NCBI GenBank assembly: GCA_002633005.1
Contig: NMRA01000135.1
Coordinates: forward strand, 1 to 59,595
Length of the DNA stretch: 59,595 nucleotides
From: Phoronis australis
Lineage: Eukaryota > Animalia > Phoronida
Reading direction: 5' to 3'
Shown: one piece after another, positions 26,242 through 58,902 of the stretch
How the letters are laid out: each line of letters begins with the position of its first letter
How positions within the stretch are numbered: position 1 is the stretch's first letter
Position numbers and translations under genes: made by a program
Notes under the pieces: generated by a model
Told to the model about the DNA's origin: nothing
What the model saw: only the letters and a program-made list of their open reading frames with translations
Databases searched by the model: none

Positions 26242-27277
26242 TAGCACCAAATTATGTTCTGTACCATACCCACAATACCATAAATAATATTTTGAAATAT
26301 TGCCAGTATATTCACAATGAATTAGAAAATCTTGAAGAAATGAAAAAAAGGGCTATTTTGGCAAATACTTCTGTCTAAAATAGGCGAGATTTTACCATAA
26401 GTGGGGAACTACATTCAGTTCCACAATTACCCTGGTGTTTCCACTCTTTAAACATTACATGACTACAGTGCAATGACTGGTTACCATAAGTGCGTGATAT
26501 CATGCTAAGACCTGGAAATTGTAATTAATTTCTGCTGCTCAATATCTATAACATTTAAAGAAGGTATAAAGCCCCATTCGTGATTGAGATCACTGACCAT
26601 AATAAAACTGGTCTCAGCTAGTTCCTTATTCAGATGAGAAATGATTTCTGGGCTCGCAAAAAACTAACAGATCGCCATTCCTCCAGACCACTTCCTGATC
26701 CACCCACAAGCCAACTTGTAGAGTCTGATCTCAACCAATAACAAGCCACCACTTCTTTCCAAGCCCTGAGATCACCTGCAGTTCGAACAAGGAACAAATT
26801 GAGCTCAATTTCTCACTGTAAGTGGTCTAAATTTTCTGTGATGGATAACGGCTTATAACCACTTTAAATTAATAACAAGTACAATATTATGCAAAATTGT
26901 AAAAACAAGACTTCCAATTACTCAGTGTCACCTCATAAAAGCAGCACCTCACTTAAACTCAGACTTGATAAATATCGACCTATGACTTAACTAAAAATGT
27001 CTGGGTTGTGTTCCGCAAACACAAAAAACTTGCAAAAACACAAGGTCACTCAAGTCCTCGGGAGATATCTCTTTCAGAAGGAAAAATGTGACCATGTTAG
27101 CTCTTCTTGCGGATGTCTTGTGTTTACGGAATACAGCCCAGCTAAGATTCATTCCATGCATTATGTTACTTACGGCAAGAATGAAATTCAGGTCTGAGAT
27201 GCAACCTTCAGCCACTTGGAACAAGACAAACCTCAAGTCTTTAAAAAACCTTAGACTTAAAAATTTAACTTTAAAAG

Positions 27278-30200
27278 CTAAAACTGATTGAGATGCTGAC
27301 CATAGGGACCACTGCCAGTGTTGCCACTACCAAAGGGAATCCCATCACTAGCTTCACTGACCTGCAGATTGCATGCATTATATGGACTATAACTGGGTGG
27401 GCTGGACACTGGACTATAGGAATAACCACTTTGCACACAAGGGTTTATCCCAGAAGCCATGTTACCAACAGGATCACATGAACGCACTTCTGCTAACTGA
27501 GGAGATGCCTTCAGATTGTAGGAGTCAAAATACTGCGTTATATTCCTTTTGGCCTTTTCTGGCCAGTGAGGATGGAGTCCGCGGTCTTGCTGAGGTCGAG
27601 TTTGTAATTTATTCTGCAGCAAATTTCCTAGAATGCCTTCTCGAGAGTTAGAATTCTGCGTAAATGGCATCTGCTGATCCCTTGACCATTTGTTAGTGTA
27701 GTGGGACACGGCGAATATTTCCCGCACTTCATTTGAGTATGGCGAATCTGGCGACAAACTGGATTCAACAACTGAAAAGCTTTGAGGATTCAAGTTGAGC
27801 GAAATGGGACGCTGTTGAGCACAACTCTTAGAGCTGCCATAAACCTCCTCGTATCCTCCTACACGGCGACCGTCACTCTGTTGTAATGGGGCATAAAAAC
27901 TGGGTACGTTACGATTCACTTCCACATTTACTTGAACAGGCGCGACAGGTGACGAATCGTACTGAACAGGGCTGTAAACATTTGTGACAGATGAATGCGC
28001 GGATGACACACCCAAACCACAGCTATGATCACCAAAGCTAACCGGTAAACTATACATTATGCTGGCAGCACTAGTACTATTGTCATCACTATCCTTGCTG
28101 TAAATAAAACTTTCAGCAGACTGTTGAACAGCAGAAGATACAGTGCTGATAGCATCGCTGTCTGTGCTATTGTCCCCGTAAGTTTCCTTATAAAATGGCT
28201 TCACAACATCAGGCACACTGTCACCGGATGGTGACTGCACCGGACGGAATTTGCCAACAGGTGTCATGGGTGGGTTCTGCAGTGCACTGTCTGCACGCGA
28301 GACACTTGCCTGCACACGCGACTGACCACTTGTCACAGACAGATTTGTTTCAAGCCACGATACACTAGCATCCATGTGTGATGAAGCTGATCCCAGGCGC
28401 GAGTCATTTGAGTTAGCATATGACACATCAGTGTCGGAATGTGATGAAATATTGCGGGAAATGTTGCCAGTAAATGTGACGCATGTGTTTTCATGTGAAT
28501 TGATATTTTCCTGATGTGATACAACCTTTTCAGGATACGACATATCAATATCACATCCTGAATCCTTGCACGTTAAAAGATTTTTCAACAGTGTCAAGTC
28601 ATCATTGGGTTCCCGGTGTTCAGGATCACTAGCCTGCATTTCTAGCAGTGGTGCAGAATGCCTGTGTTGAGACACAAAACTTGTGTCGTGGAACAAGAAT
28701 GAATTTAGGTCCTCACTATCAGGAAAATCTTGACTGGAGGAGTCGGTATGAGGAAGAAAGTCCAATTCTTTATCAAAGGTTATGTCACACGGAAGATCTG
28801 TTGGTAAAATGCTAAAATGACTTGTTGTTGTCACATCTTGCCACTCGCTGGAAGCTGCAGTTGTCTTGGAGGAGTCAATGACAAGTCGTTTCGAACTTAC
28901 AGTATCAGAAGTATCAGTCGACAGCCTCTTAACACCTCTTGGTGAAAGCACTTTTGGATTTGTTTTGTTTTTACTGATGACAGTTTTACTAGCGTCTGTA
29001 CTTGAAACACTTTTCTCTCCACCATGTACATTTGAATCAGAGAGTCCATCACCTGAACTTTCCAGAGCTTTTACATTAGACATTGGTAAGCTCCCAGTAC
29101 TTGCACTAGATCCTGCTTTGTGCTTTTGACTCTTTAGGACAAGTCTGTTTTTGACAGATTCTTTCACTGCAGCACTTTGCAGCTTGCGCTTTTCCTTCAG
29201 CAAGTTTGCAACAGTCATATTACTATTCCGTGAACTTGAGGACTGTCCTGTACCTACCCTCATTGACTTGTCAACCGGAACTGAAGCACTTCGGACTGTG
29301 ACAAGGGGACTTGATTTGTGACCAAATATAATTACCGATGGCACAGTTGGTGAAATCACAGGAAGTGAATCTGAGGCTGAAGTTGAAACTGCAGTGCCAT
29401 CTGTTGTAGTTGCCATCGTCATCGTTGTTGTTAAAGGCAAGGGCTTGTCCGGACTACTTTGAATAATGTCAGTAGTACTTTTGTTGGCAGAAAGGACAGG
29501 TACAAATGCACTGGGCACGCCATCCTGGGTTATTGGTTGTTTCATTTTCTCTGCAACAAGGGAAAGGTTAACGGATGATAATGAACGTGAACAAACTGAC
29601 CATGTGAACAAACTGACCATGTGAACAAACTGACCATGTGAACAAACTGACCATGTGAACAAACTGACCATGTGAACAAACTGACCATGTGAACTCTAGT
29701 TGTTTTAAGGTAAAGACACGTTACGTAACTAACTATTCGTGTTCATGCCCAAAGAGTTCAAATTACAAAACTCAAAAACCAGGCAGTGGGCATTCTACAC
29801 TGATAAGCTCTTATGACTTTCGGTAAATCGCTTCCCGCTAATGAAAACTTTTCTAAGCCACTGACCCACATTCATTTAAGGCAGTGACTACAGCGAAACT
29901 GACGAGAGACATTGCCTTATAAACTAGCATGAAATCAATGCATTCCAAGGCTGTTTAAAATACAAATTTTTGGAAAAATGACGAGGGCGTGTGCTTTCTT
30001 TAAGTAGTGATGAGCGACTTCAAAAATGACGTGGACGCAGAATAGAACTTAATATGGTTTTTGGCTTAATCACGACGACCAATATGACCATCACACTCAA
30101 AGTCAAGCTACAATAGAATAGAAAGCACACCAACAAGCATTATTTGAATCTAAAAGATTCACGGAATGATCAGATGAAAATAAAAACAAGTTTGCAAAGC

Positions 30201-33200
30201 TCATGACCCAAAAATTTACAACTGAGCAGATTGCGATATCTGGGCATTCTCTTCTAAGTGACATCAATATATTGTCAAAACCAAAATGGAAGTAAGAGCA
30301 CACATCTTGAATTTCACTGCAGGAAGATTAAGACATTTGTATTTCAAGGATAAAAAGAAATTATTACACATAAACTCTGACGACCTTTAGTTCACAAAGT
30401 GCGATCAAGTCCTCGCCAACGTGGAGGTTATTTCTGCAATTCTGAATCTAAAACTCAACATGAAGAGCTTCAGGCAGATAAAAAAGCAGCCATTTTACCT
30501 GATTAAGTTACATGTGCTTTCAAATTGAGCTTGTTCTTCTTTTGCAAACAAACTCAGTAGAAAACAGAGGATGTACAAGACGACTCTAAGGCACTCTTAC
30601 CAGACAGTTTATCATTCTGTTTTTCCAGAAGTTTTTTTTTCAGCTCCAACTTGCCACAAAGAACAGCTGACAGCTGTAACTGCACACTTGGCGCGGTCTG
30701 ACCTTGTTGTTTACAAAGGCGTGATGACAACTGAAGAGAGCTCTTGGACCTTGGATTTACAAACGCTTTAGAGACCAAAAATTCTGCTACAGACAGAAGA
30801 CTTATAAATTCTCGTCTAAAACTTTTCTCTGCCCATTCGCAAATGACAGCTTCACACGCCTCTTCAATTGAATTCGGTTTCTGTAAAACAAAGATTGCTT
30901 TAAAAACTTGCTCCAATTGATTTTTTAAAAAAATTGGCACGGCTGATTGTGATTTTTGTACTTTTTGTAACAAAGTCCCGGAGACTGACATACATATTTT
31001 CTAGGTTTGTAAGATTGTAAAGCCACAAAGAATTAGTTTATTTTGTGGCTAAATCAGATTTTAAATTATAATTTAATTATATCCATTTTAAAAATTCTCA
31101 ATTTTCCGAGTGCTCGGTACTCAAGAAAGCATGACCACCAACAGTTCCCCAGTAAAATTCCGAGCCCAATTTGGCAAATATTACTTAAAAAATCCCGAGA
31201 TTACCAAGTACCGAACTTGAAAAAGTACTCAAAATATACCATGACTTCATTGAAAAATGACAATGATCTTTATCACATCTTCTACTCTGCTGACTGACTG
31301 TGGTGGACGTTAGGTTTCAAATTAACAAATATGCCTTCACGTACAAACGTGCAATTCATTTTCAACAATTTTTCAACTGCTCATCAATAACACAGTACAA
31401 GCCAAAAGTATTCAGACAAAATGATCCGAAATTCCCCCATCATGACAGCTGGACGGAAGCCGAATTCATCGTCCGACTAGTCTTCCCGAATAACCAAGAA
31501 TGAAGAGGTATGAACAGGAAACTTAGTAAGGTGGCTAAAAGCCATTCTTTAATTAGAATTTTGCCACCGTTATAGTAGGTACCAGTCATTTTATCGTCAC
31601 AGTAATCTTCTCATGACCGAGAATGAATGTGGATTAACAGGAGAGTTAGCAAGGTGGCTAAGTCAATCTCTAATTAGAATTCCGTCGCCCTATTATTTAT
31701 TACCAGTCTTTTTGCTGTGAACAGAATTATTGGTTCTGACAGGCAAACAGTAGTTTGTCTCATCACTATTGTCTTGTGCTGTATTTACCTGTTTGGCTTT
31801 TTTGTCTGCCTTTTTCCTAACACCACTGTAACAATACTTGTGGTTCAGTCGGCCACCAAGTCTTCGCTCTTTGACATTTGGAAAGGCGATATGAAACACC
31901 TTCCCAAAGTTGCTTTCACCGATGGACTTTAAGCTATTGCTCTCACAAAAGGCACTGAAATGACAGTGATACAGCACTGAAATCCAACAAGTCAATGACA
32001 GGTACTTGGCTTAAGAGGATTTGACATTTTTTATTTATCGTTGAATTTTTGATTTTTTTTAATATTTTGATTATTTACTACTTGCAAACAAGTGGGGGGG
32101 TCCCCGGTATAGTGGCCCATATAGAGGAACCTCTCCCAAAATGCAAAATTTTCATGCTTAGCCTATTGGATTATAAAAGAAAACCTACATCAAATTAAAT
32201 AAGTGATTGAAATCCTTTTGAAAACATTAATTTTTTTTGGACGATCTCTTAATGGCTTTAATTACAACATCTGGCTTAGTGATTTTCCGACGTTTGCATA
32301 ATTTAATATTTCTCACATTTTAGCTTTTTGGCTTTACACCAAAGGTTGCATCGTTACTTTTTTAAATTTTCAATGTTCATCTTTAATCCTTCATGTTTGG
32401 TCTCGAAACATCTTGATATTGAAACCAGTATCTGACAATCCCAGCAAAACACAGTGAACATAGAGTTAAAACAGCAGCAATCTAAAGAGGGAACATTTTA
32501 GTAGAAACATGTGTGCCAAATGCCAATAAATTCCTATAATGGGCTTAAAAATAGGAACCAGGGCTGAGGGCAATGCAAAATGCATCTACAAATGCATACA
32601 GAAATGAACATTTCACAAGCATGCCAGTGTCATTGGCAAATCAAAAATTCCATTGACGCACATTGATTGCTCAACTCGGGTGAATAGGCACCTTAAAATT
32701 GGGTCTGCGTAATGTGCATTACATTCAGATTCTAACGCAATGGCACCGCAGGACGGCTGAACAAAACCAACATTTGAGATGCAACCAATTGACTTTAGCA
32801 TATTGCGAAAACACAAAAGCCAACTGCGAGCTTACCTGTTTGTTTGAACAAAAATAACATTAGCGTCACGTAACATACTGGGACGACAAACAAAATCACA
32901 AACACGAATGACGTCAAAAATGTGGTCAGAAAAATGTGACTCATATATGGTCTAATCTGACCTATAGTGTTAACAAAGAGCCACGTTTTCTAACATGACC
33001 CTTAGTATAGGAGCGCACAAAAATGAGATGTTATTCATGAATTACCAATAATCTTGAAAGACATCCTTCTTCACCAGTGACTGTCTTGGGTGATACTCAA
33101 CATGATCTTCAATCCAACCAAATGCCTGAGAGTATCCCGTGAACTTGCCTTCTTCAAACAAAGACCTGAAGAACAACATTAAAATTAGAAGCACCATGAT

Positions 33201-36200
33201 CATCCAGATAATTCATGAACATCAGGTTGTGTCGGAAATGTTACTCCTAAAAACAACTAGTTCAGATTCTACATTACAACTTTCTCTTGTTCAGAGTGGC
33301 AGTAAAAACCCAAGATTTTTCTTCATTGATGAGTAGTCCAGGTAGCCTACTGTCTGTGATCACGACAAACACTGTTTACAACGCTTCTAGGAGTTTGGGG
33401 CGATTATGAAAAAGGCAAGTAACAAGAAGTCACTAATGCTACTGTAACATTAATCAGTCATACAGTGTGACAACATCCCAACTGAACTGCTTACTTGTTG
33501 TTCATCTACTGAAGACAAAATTTCGCTCAACAAGGGAAATTTGTAATAACTAAATCCACTAAGAACCAAGTAACACCACCCAGTGGGAAAGCACAGAACC
33601 AGAACCTTGCAAGTTAAAAGTCGTATAACAGTAAAATCTCAATGATTCCAGACGCGCTAGCCACTTCAGAATGAAACAATATTTCTTAATTAATTGTTGT
33701 TATTCACTTCAAGACACATACTGAAATCAGCAGGGTTGGTTTTGCTAAGTTTGGACAAGGCCATTTGCAAACCTCGGTTATTCTCATTATTGCTGTAAGC
33801 AGAGGCTCTATTGGTAATTTGAATGGATGCCTTCTAAAGCTGACAGTAAACCAAGTTCCTGTACATAAAGTGCCCGTCAGTGACTTCAAACCATTGAATT
33901 AAATGCTCAGCACTAACAATTTTCAGTAATTGCCGAGTCCAAAAACAATCTCTAACCTGAGTGTTAGATGCTGGGATCAAATTTACAATCATGTTAAGTG
34001 ATCTTCATGAAATTCATTGTTTAACAATTAGACGATAAATACAAAAATTGCAAACAACATAATTCATAGTTTAAAATCAAATTGATACCTTGTAGACTCC
34101 TTGTCTTCTTTGTTTTCTTCTTCTTGTAAAACGACAAACAGCAATTGCTTTTCCTGGTCAGACAATTTTCGAATGCCCTCCTAGAAAATGACACTATCCT
34201 CTTGAGTCTTATAGAACATAGCATACAAAATAAAAATAAATCAATTTCTGGTCTTTATGTACATGATAACGTAGCGTCCCCATCTCAGAGACTTCTATAG
34301 ATCGCCTGAAGCCGATGTGCTAGCATGTCAGCATTGAGGGAGATTGTTGTCACATGGATTGGGACATAATTTCTTTGGTGGATGATGTAATACATAGTTC
34401 CAAACAGCTGCTAGATTATATGTAAGTCCTTCGTGTCTTTTGAGGATGGGAGACTTAATTCTCTCCTGAATCGCCTCTCTCACACCATGGANCTAATCTG
34501 AGTGTTAGATGCTGGGATCAAATTTACAATCATGTTAAGTGATCTTCATGAATTTCACTGTTTAGCAATTAGACGATAAATACAAAAATTGCAAACAACA
34601 TAATTCATAGTTTAAAATCACTGGTTAAACATAAAATTGATACCTTGTAGACTCCTTGTCTTCTTTGTTTTCTTCTTCTTGTAAAACAACAAACAGCAAT
34701 TGCTTTTCCTGGTCAGACAATTTTCGAATGCCCTCCTAGAAAATGACACTATCCTCTTGAGTCTTATAGAACATAGCATACAAAATAAAAATAAATCAAT
34801 TTCTGGTCTTTATGTACATGATAACGTAGCGTCCCCATCTCAGAGACTTCTATAGATCGCCTGAAGCCGATGTGCTAGCATGTCAGCATTGAGGGAGATT
34901 GTTGTCACATGGATTGGGACATAATTTCTTTGGTGGATGATGTAATACATAGTTCCAAACAGCTGCTAGATTATATGTAAGTCCTTCGTGTCTTTTGAGG
35001 ATGGGAGACTTAATTCTCTCCTGAATCGCCTCTCTCACACCATGGAAAAACCAACCCTCCTCATTATCAAGGATCATTTTCCACAGAAAAATCCTGGTCT
35101 TATGCGTAAAGGTGACTAAACACTGCTGAGTCATAGTCATCTCCAAAGGTAGGGCAACGGTGTTGGTAAATCCTACTTTTAAGCGCCTGCTTCGTTTCTC
35201 CAGCATAGGACTCAAGACAATTTGTAGAAGTCTCCCAGATGGGGGCGCTACATTATCATTTGTATAAAGAAGTCCAGAAATTGATTTATTTTTCTTTTGC
35301 ATTAGGCCATAACTGGATGAATAACATACATTCAATTAACATAGCATACAACTCGCAAACATTTTTAATTCTGGTGAGCACGCCACTTGTTGGCCATACT
35401 ACTGTTCAATACAAATATCACTAATTTCAGACAAAAATTATTGGCAATAGTCAGTTTTTGAGAACCAGTTGGGTGTCCATTATTCGGTGGAGAAAACTGG
35501 TTCTCAAAATGCAGGATCCTTAAAAGTGACCATTACCAAATTACTGACAAGTAGCCTTTTCTACTTATCAAGTTGTATTATGGTTGTGAAAGCTCATGAT
35601 TTTCAAATATTGTCTGATGGCAGCTACGGTACAGAACTTGAACACAGTGAATGCAAAGCATTAATTTGGTGGTAGATATCTTTGATGAAAAAATGAGATA
35701 AAAATTTCACTTTCCACCAAAGTGTGTCCTAAAATGAGGAGAATTTACCGTGTAAACCAAAAACAACCGTATAAGCTACCAAAGATATACGGTGTGCAAG
35801 TCTGATTTAGAACTATGAAAAGAATAGTAAACTTCATTTTTTAACATTAAAACTAAGAATATTTTAAGACAGATTGTAATATACACATTTTCATAATTAT
35901 GTACATTTATATAAAAGTGCATCCTAATAAAGGGATATCATCACCAAGCTCTGGTGCGGATCATGACATGCAGAGTGTTCTCACCAGGATTAAAGCTGAA
36001 CATAGTGGGACCGGCAGATAGCTGTCGGTCACAATTTTCAGTCTCGAAGGAAATCTGTTCTGAGTTTTTGGTTGATTTTTGTCAATTAATTATGTAATAT
36101 ACTCAAAATGATCAAATTCAAACTGTAGGCGACAGTGGACTGAAAAAAACGAGGCATTGGTTTGTAGGTCGCGACTAAGACCACTTAAAAACTGTACTCA

Positions 36201-37025
36201 TAACTGATATAATTACTCAAAAACCAATCATAGGGTTCCAAATTTGAGCGCAGTGGTCAAATTTTATCAAGGGAGCCTCAAATGTTTAACTTGGTGTGCA
36301 CATCAAGCTAAAAAAAACAGGTGAAAACTTAAGACAAATATTAGGAGCATTTTGAACAGCAATTTGAAAGCGGATTATCAGTGATGGAAGTGGACCCATT
36401 GGGACATTTTGAATCCGTAGGCCTACCCGAATCTTGTTTTTTAAGAGTTATATACCGATTCTCCATAACTCACCACAATTGCTTTGATCTTCTTGTCAGT
36501 TTCGAGACTGTAAAATTAAAAGTTTTAAAATCTATAAAACAATCCAATAATACACAAACCAAACTCACTGAGACACTATATGAGGTCAACACTAAGCCAA
36601 CAGACAATACAATAATTACATGGAAAAAGGGTAAGAGCAGAAAATCAGAATGTGAAGACTGGGGAGGAATTCTTTACTTAGTTAGTATTAGAAGGAATAG
36701 TTCTCAAAAGGCACTCAGCATGGATCATGACAATTTCCTTTAGACACTTCTTGTGAAAGCTAAGTTACCACAAATGCAGATAAAAAAGTCAGGTACAACA
36801 AACTGAATGTCAGTGAAACTGGATAATTGAAAATGAAACGTGAAAAACGATACACGAGTCATAACGTCCAAACATTCAGGAAATGCTTTCTGAAAACTCA
36901 ACAAACAACAACTCAACAACTGACCCCAGACCATCAGCATTCATAATGTATTGGAGGAACTAAGAAATGCGTTACCCAATCACGTACTCGGCATTGTTTC
37001 TGTACCACTCCACACCGCGATCCAT
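27278..37025 (-). CDS. RFX7: RFX5/RFX7-subfamily winged-helix transcription factor; exons approx. 37025-36988 (or 36976), 36507-36474, 34735-34644 (duplicated at 34180-34089), 33165-33046, 31954-31789, 30880-30601, 29550-27278
   Basis: The spliced DNA-binding domain reads AFGWIEDHVEYHPRQSLVKKDVFQDYCAFCESNSLKSIGESNFGKVFHIAFPNVKERRLGGRLNHKYCYSGVRKK. The RFX5/7 N-terminal helix is KKIKAIV|EGIRKLSDQEKQLLFVVL, and the post-DBD block is EAVICEWAEKSFRREFISLLSVAEFLV. A long Ser-rich terminal exon follows. Splice phases match. The start codon and exact orthology (RFX5 vs RFX7) are less certain. Confidence 0.85.
29586..29693. repeat. 17-bp minisatellite (GTGAACAAACTGACCAT) x ~6
   Basis: Direct perfect repeats just upstream of the acceptor of the RFX terminal exon. 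Confidence 0.95.
30921..31030 (+). pseudogene. Relic of an L1/Tx1-type LINE ORF2 C-terminal zinc finger (zf-RVT-like) in an RFX intron
   Basis: Translates as FFKKIGTADCDFCTFCNKVPETDIHIF*VCKIVKP, matching the CxFC...ETxxHxFxxC pattern, with an in-frame stop. Confidence 0.65.
31395..31695. repeat. Old dispersed repeat with a diverged inverted homolog at ~49100-49260
   Basis: TCTCATGACCGAGAATGAA here corresponds to TTCATTCTCGGTCATGAGA at ~49158; GGAAGCC and CAGACAAAATGA blocks are also mirrored. Confidence 0.6.
33953..35047. repeat. Tandem ~540-550-bp duplication flanking a single N (34492); includes one RFX exon; probable assembly/haplotype artefact
   Basis: 33953-34491 is almost identical to 34493-35047 apart from a few SNPs and a ~13-bp indel, and the junction is the only ambiguous base in the window. 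Confidence 0.9.
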
Positions 37026-37584
37026 TTCTTCGAACTTTCTTAAACTTTTATCAGCTGACTGACCCAAGATGACCTCGTTCTCGGAGCATGGGCATCGCCA
37101 ACCGACCTTCACCATGTGGTAAGAACGAGTCGAAAATAGGCCGTTACATTCACTGTTATGACATGAAATTTATACAGGCGTTTTATGTGCAAAATGATAC
37201 AAAAGATGCACTGTTGACTTTAATGAACAAACATGTAGGAACACAGAATTCTGAGTGTTACCATGGAGCTTCTGCAAACGCACACCAACCACCTGTGAGC
37301 ACATGCCGGAAGTATTATACCGGAAGCATGAGATAGGCATGCGCATAATTCCAAAACAAGCGCATTTTCCAAAAAGTAGCAAGGTGACAGATAGCCGATA
37401 AAACATATGAAAATGAGCAGATTGAATTCTGTAAGTTTATAATAACCTTCTTGATTGTTTCATGTCGTTCAAAAGTCATTTAAGCTTTACCTCAGCCCTG
37501 GTTGAGTCGGTGAGTGTCCTTTTGCCTGCAGTGACCACCGTGTAACTCGCCACGACCGACTCCAGCGGAGACGGTGTAAAATGG

Positions 37585-38039
37585 GAGCTTCATACGCCGG
37601 AAGCTTTTCAGCGAATTATGCCTCACACTGATTAAAAAATCAAAGTCACGTTGTTAGTAGTACCTTTATCTGCCGACTGCGCCAAATGTTGGATTAATCC
37701 TGCCGACTATGCCAAATGTTGTGTTAACCGGGTCGGCTGGCCAAGCAGACACACAGGTTCGGCCTATTAACACGGTGAAAGAGTAAAGTCTAGAGTCTAT
37801 TTACATCACGTCCGCACAGGACGGCCGCAAACTCCAGAAGGCACTTCTGGAGTTTGCGGCCCTCCTGTGCGGACGTGATGTAAGTATTGTAAGTACACTC
37901 TAGACTTTACTCTTTCACCGTGTTAATAGGCCGAACCTGTGAATCTGCTTGGCCAGCCGACCCGATTAATACAACATGAATTTGATGTTTTAGTTGGTGT
38001 GAGGCATAATTCGCTGAAAGCTTCCGGCGTATGAAGCTC
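37585..38039. promoter_or_regulatory. Long imperfect palindrome occupying the putative bidirectional RFX/TEX9 promoter
   Basis: The arms mirror each other around a GCA loop at 37841-37843 (CAAACTCCAGAAG-gca-CTTCTGGAGTTTG). The outer ends read GAGCTTCATACGCCGGAAGC and GCTTCCGGCGTATGAAGCTC, so each arm carries an ETS-like CCGGAAG. The region is relatively CpG-rich and lies between two divergent genes. Confidence 0.75.
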
Positions 38040-39082
38040 TTTTACTGTTTTAGGAGCTACACCGTCTATACTGAGCCACCTAGAGACGTTGGTCACTGTC
38101 TATGTGCCTTAATCCCCTTATTGCCCTGGCGGAGCCTTTTGAGTTTCAGCCCATGTGGCCAGGCCTTCAATGCTTCACTTGGATACCACGCCATTTCATC
38201 TTCAGTGCTGAACTAAATGTAAAGTCCTGACTCTTGACGTAGTTCCAAGGGGGTGGAGAATTGATGGCAACCTTGGGAGGAGTAAAAATTAGGTGTCAAA
38301 CGTGAAACTCAAAAAATGGTGTCATGAATTATGAATCACCAGTGATTTTGCCTGTGTGAAGTGTAACCACCTTCCTGAATGTCTTTCTTACATTTGTTGC
38401 TGTTCATCAACTTCAGCTTAATAGAGGTCCACCAGCTGCGGGTTCAAGAGCACGACCCAACAAAAATCTTCCTTGCTCTACAATACAAAAGAGTAAAGAG
38501 AGACTGGGACCTCTTTGAATCTGCTCCTGCACGTATTGTGTGGTTCTAGAAAAATACTATATTTGGCCAACGTCGGAACATCATATCTCTGAAATGACTG
38601 ATCAGATTCATACAAAACTTTCAGATACTATTCTTAATGCACTGTTCTACAAATTGCATTTAGAAATTAGTTCTAAAAGGCTGCACTCAGGGGCTTTCAA
38701 TAATGGAGTTTTTGTTTTAATAAAAAAGCTTAAAAGTTGGGTAGCATAAAAGGAAAACGAAGTGATAATTCTGAAAAATATTGCAGTGTTATTGAGAGTT
38801 CATCTTGAACCTTATATCAACCAAAATTTGGTCATAAATTGGTTTGCTTTGAATGCTTTTTGTTGCTAAATTTTACTTAAAATGCATGATCACGTGATCC
38901 AATTAATGGAAGTTTCTACTGGCTTTCTACTATTATACTTTTATTGAATTATTAATAAATCTTTAGTTTTGAAGATATTTGGCAAAATGCACAGACTTGT
39001 GTGTAAGGTCCAACATAACCACAAGTACTTGATTTGTCAAAATTCATGTTCTTGACAGGTTTGTGGTCTTGTTTTGTTGTAG

Positions 39083-49421
<10,339 letters not shown>

Positions 49422-50008
49422 GTCTCATCTAAAACCATCTAGCTCTCAGCTACAGTGGAAAGATGGGGTTTGGGTCCGAGGTACAATTGTGTGGAACCAT
49501 CAAAAGCATCTTCCATTGCAGCTATGTTGAAGAAAGACTAACGTAAAGTCTAAATACTACGGAACATCCAAAGAACTATGCTATAATTAGATAATATAAT
49601 ATTTTATTATTTATTTGATGTGTGGCGTGAATATTTTAGTAAAAGATTTAACAGTACCATGTAGTGGTTTAATCTAACCAAACATGCTGTCACTTTGCAG
49701 ATACAAAAACTGATAGACAGCTGATCGAATTCAGCGTTCAATACAGAGGCAGATTTCACAAGAGCGATGCACTCGCCTAATAAACCGCAACCCAAGCCTG
49801 AAAAGATTTGTTGAAACAAGAAATTATTTTTTCCTCATCCACCATATATTACCATCTAGACCTCTCAGCAGTGAGCACAACTTTTGATTGATGTTAACCA
49901 CGAAGCCCCTTGCACCGAACTGAATGTAATATCGCACATAAGCTGGGGATTCACATTTGCCGTCCACTCCTATGAATCGTGAAGGAGAACTGGCTTTGTG
50001 AAAGCATG

Positions 50009-58902
<8,894 letters not shown>

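Noticed and set aside
29551-29671. N-terminus of the 797-aa ORF (MVSLFTWSVCSHGQFVH...)
   Set aside because: It is translated 17-bp minisatellite in an intron; the real exon begins at the acceptor at 29550.
29586-29693. CRISPR-like array
   Set aside because: The repeats are head-to-tail with no spacers, the context is eukaryotic, and there are no cas genes.
33495-33510. Possible 14-nt RFX micro-exon (cag|TAGATGAACAACAA|gtaag)
   Set aside because: It introduces a stop in the required phase, and the flanking exons already join in frame.
34883-35335. 150-aa minus-strand ORF in an RFX intron
   Set aside because: It has no recognisable domain or splice support and partly overlaps the artefactual duplication.
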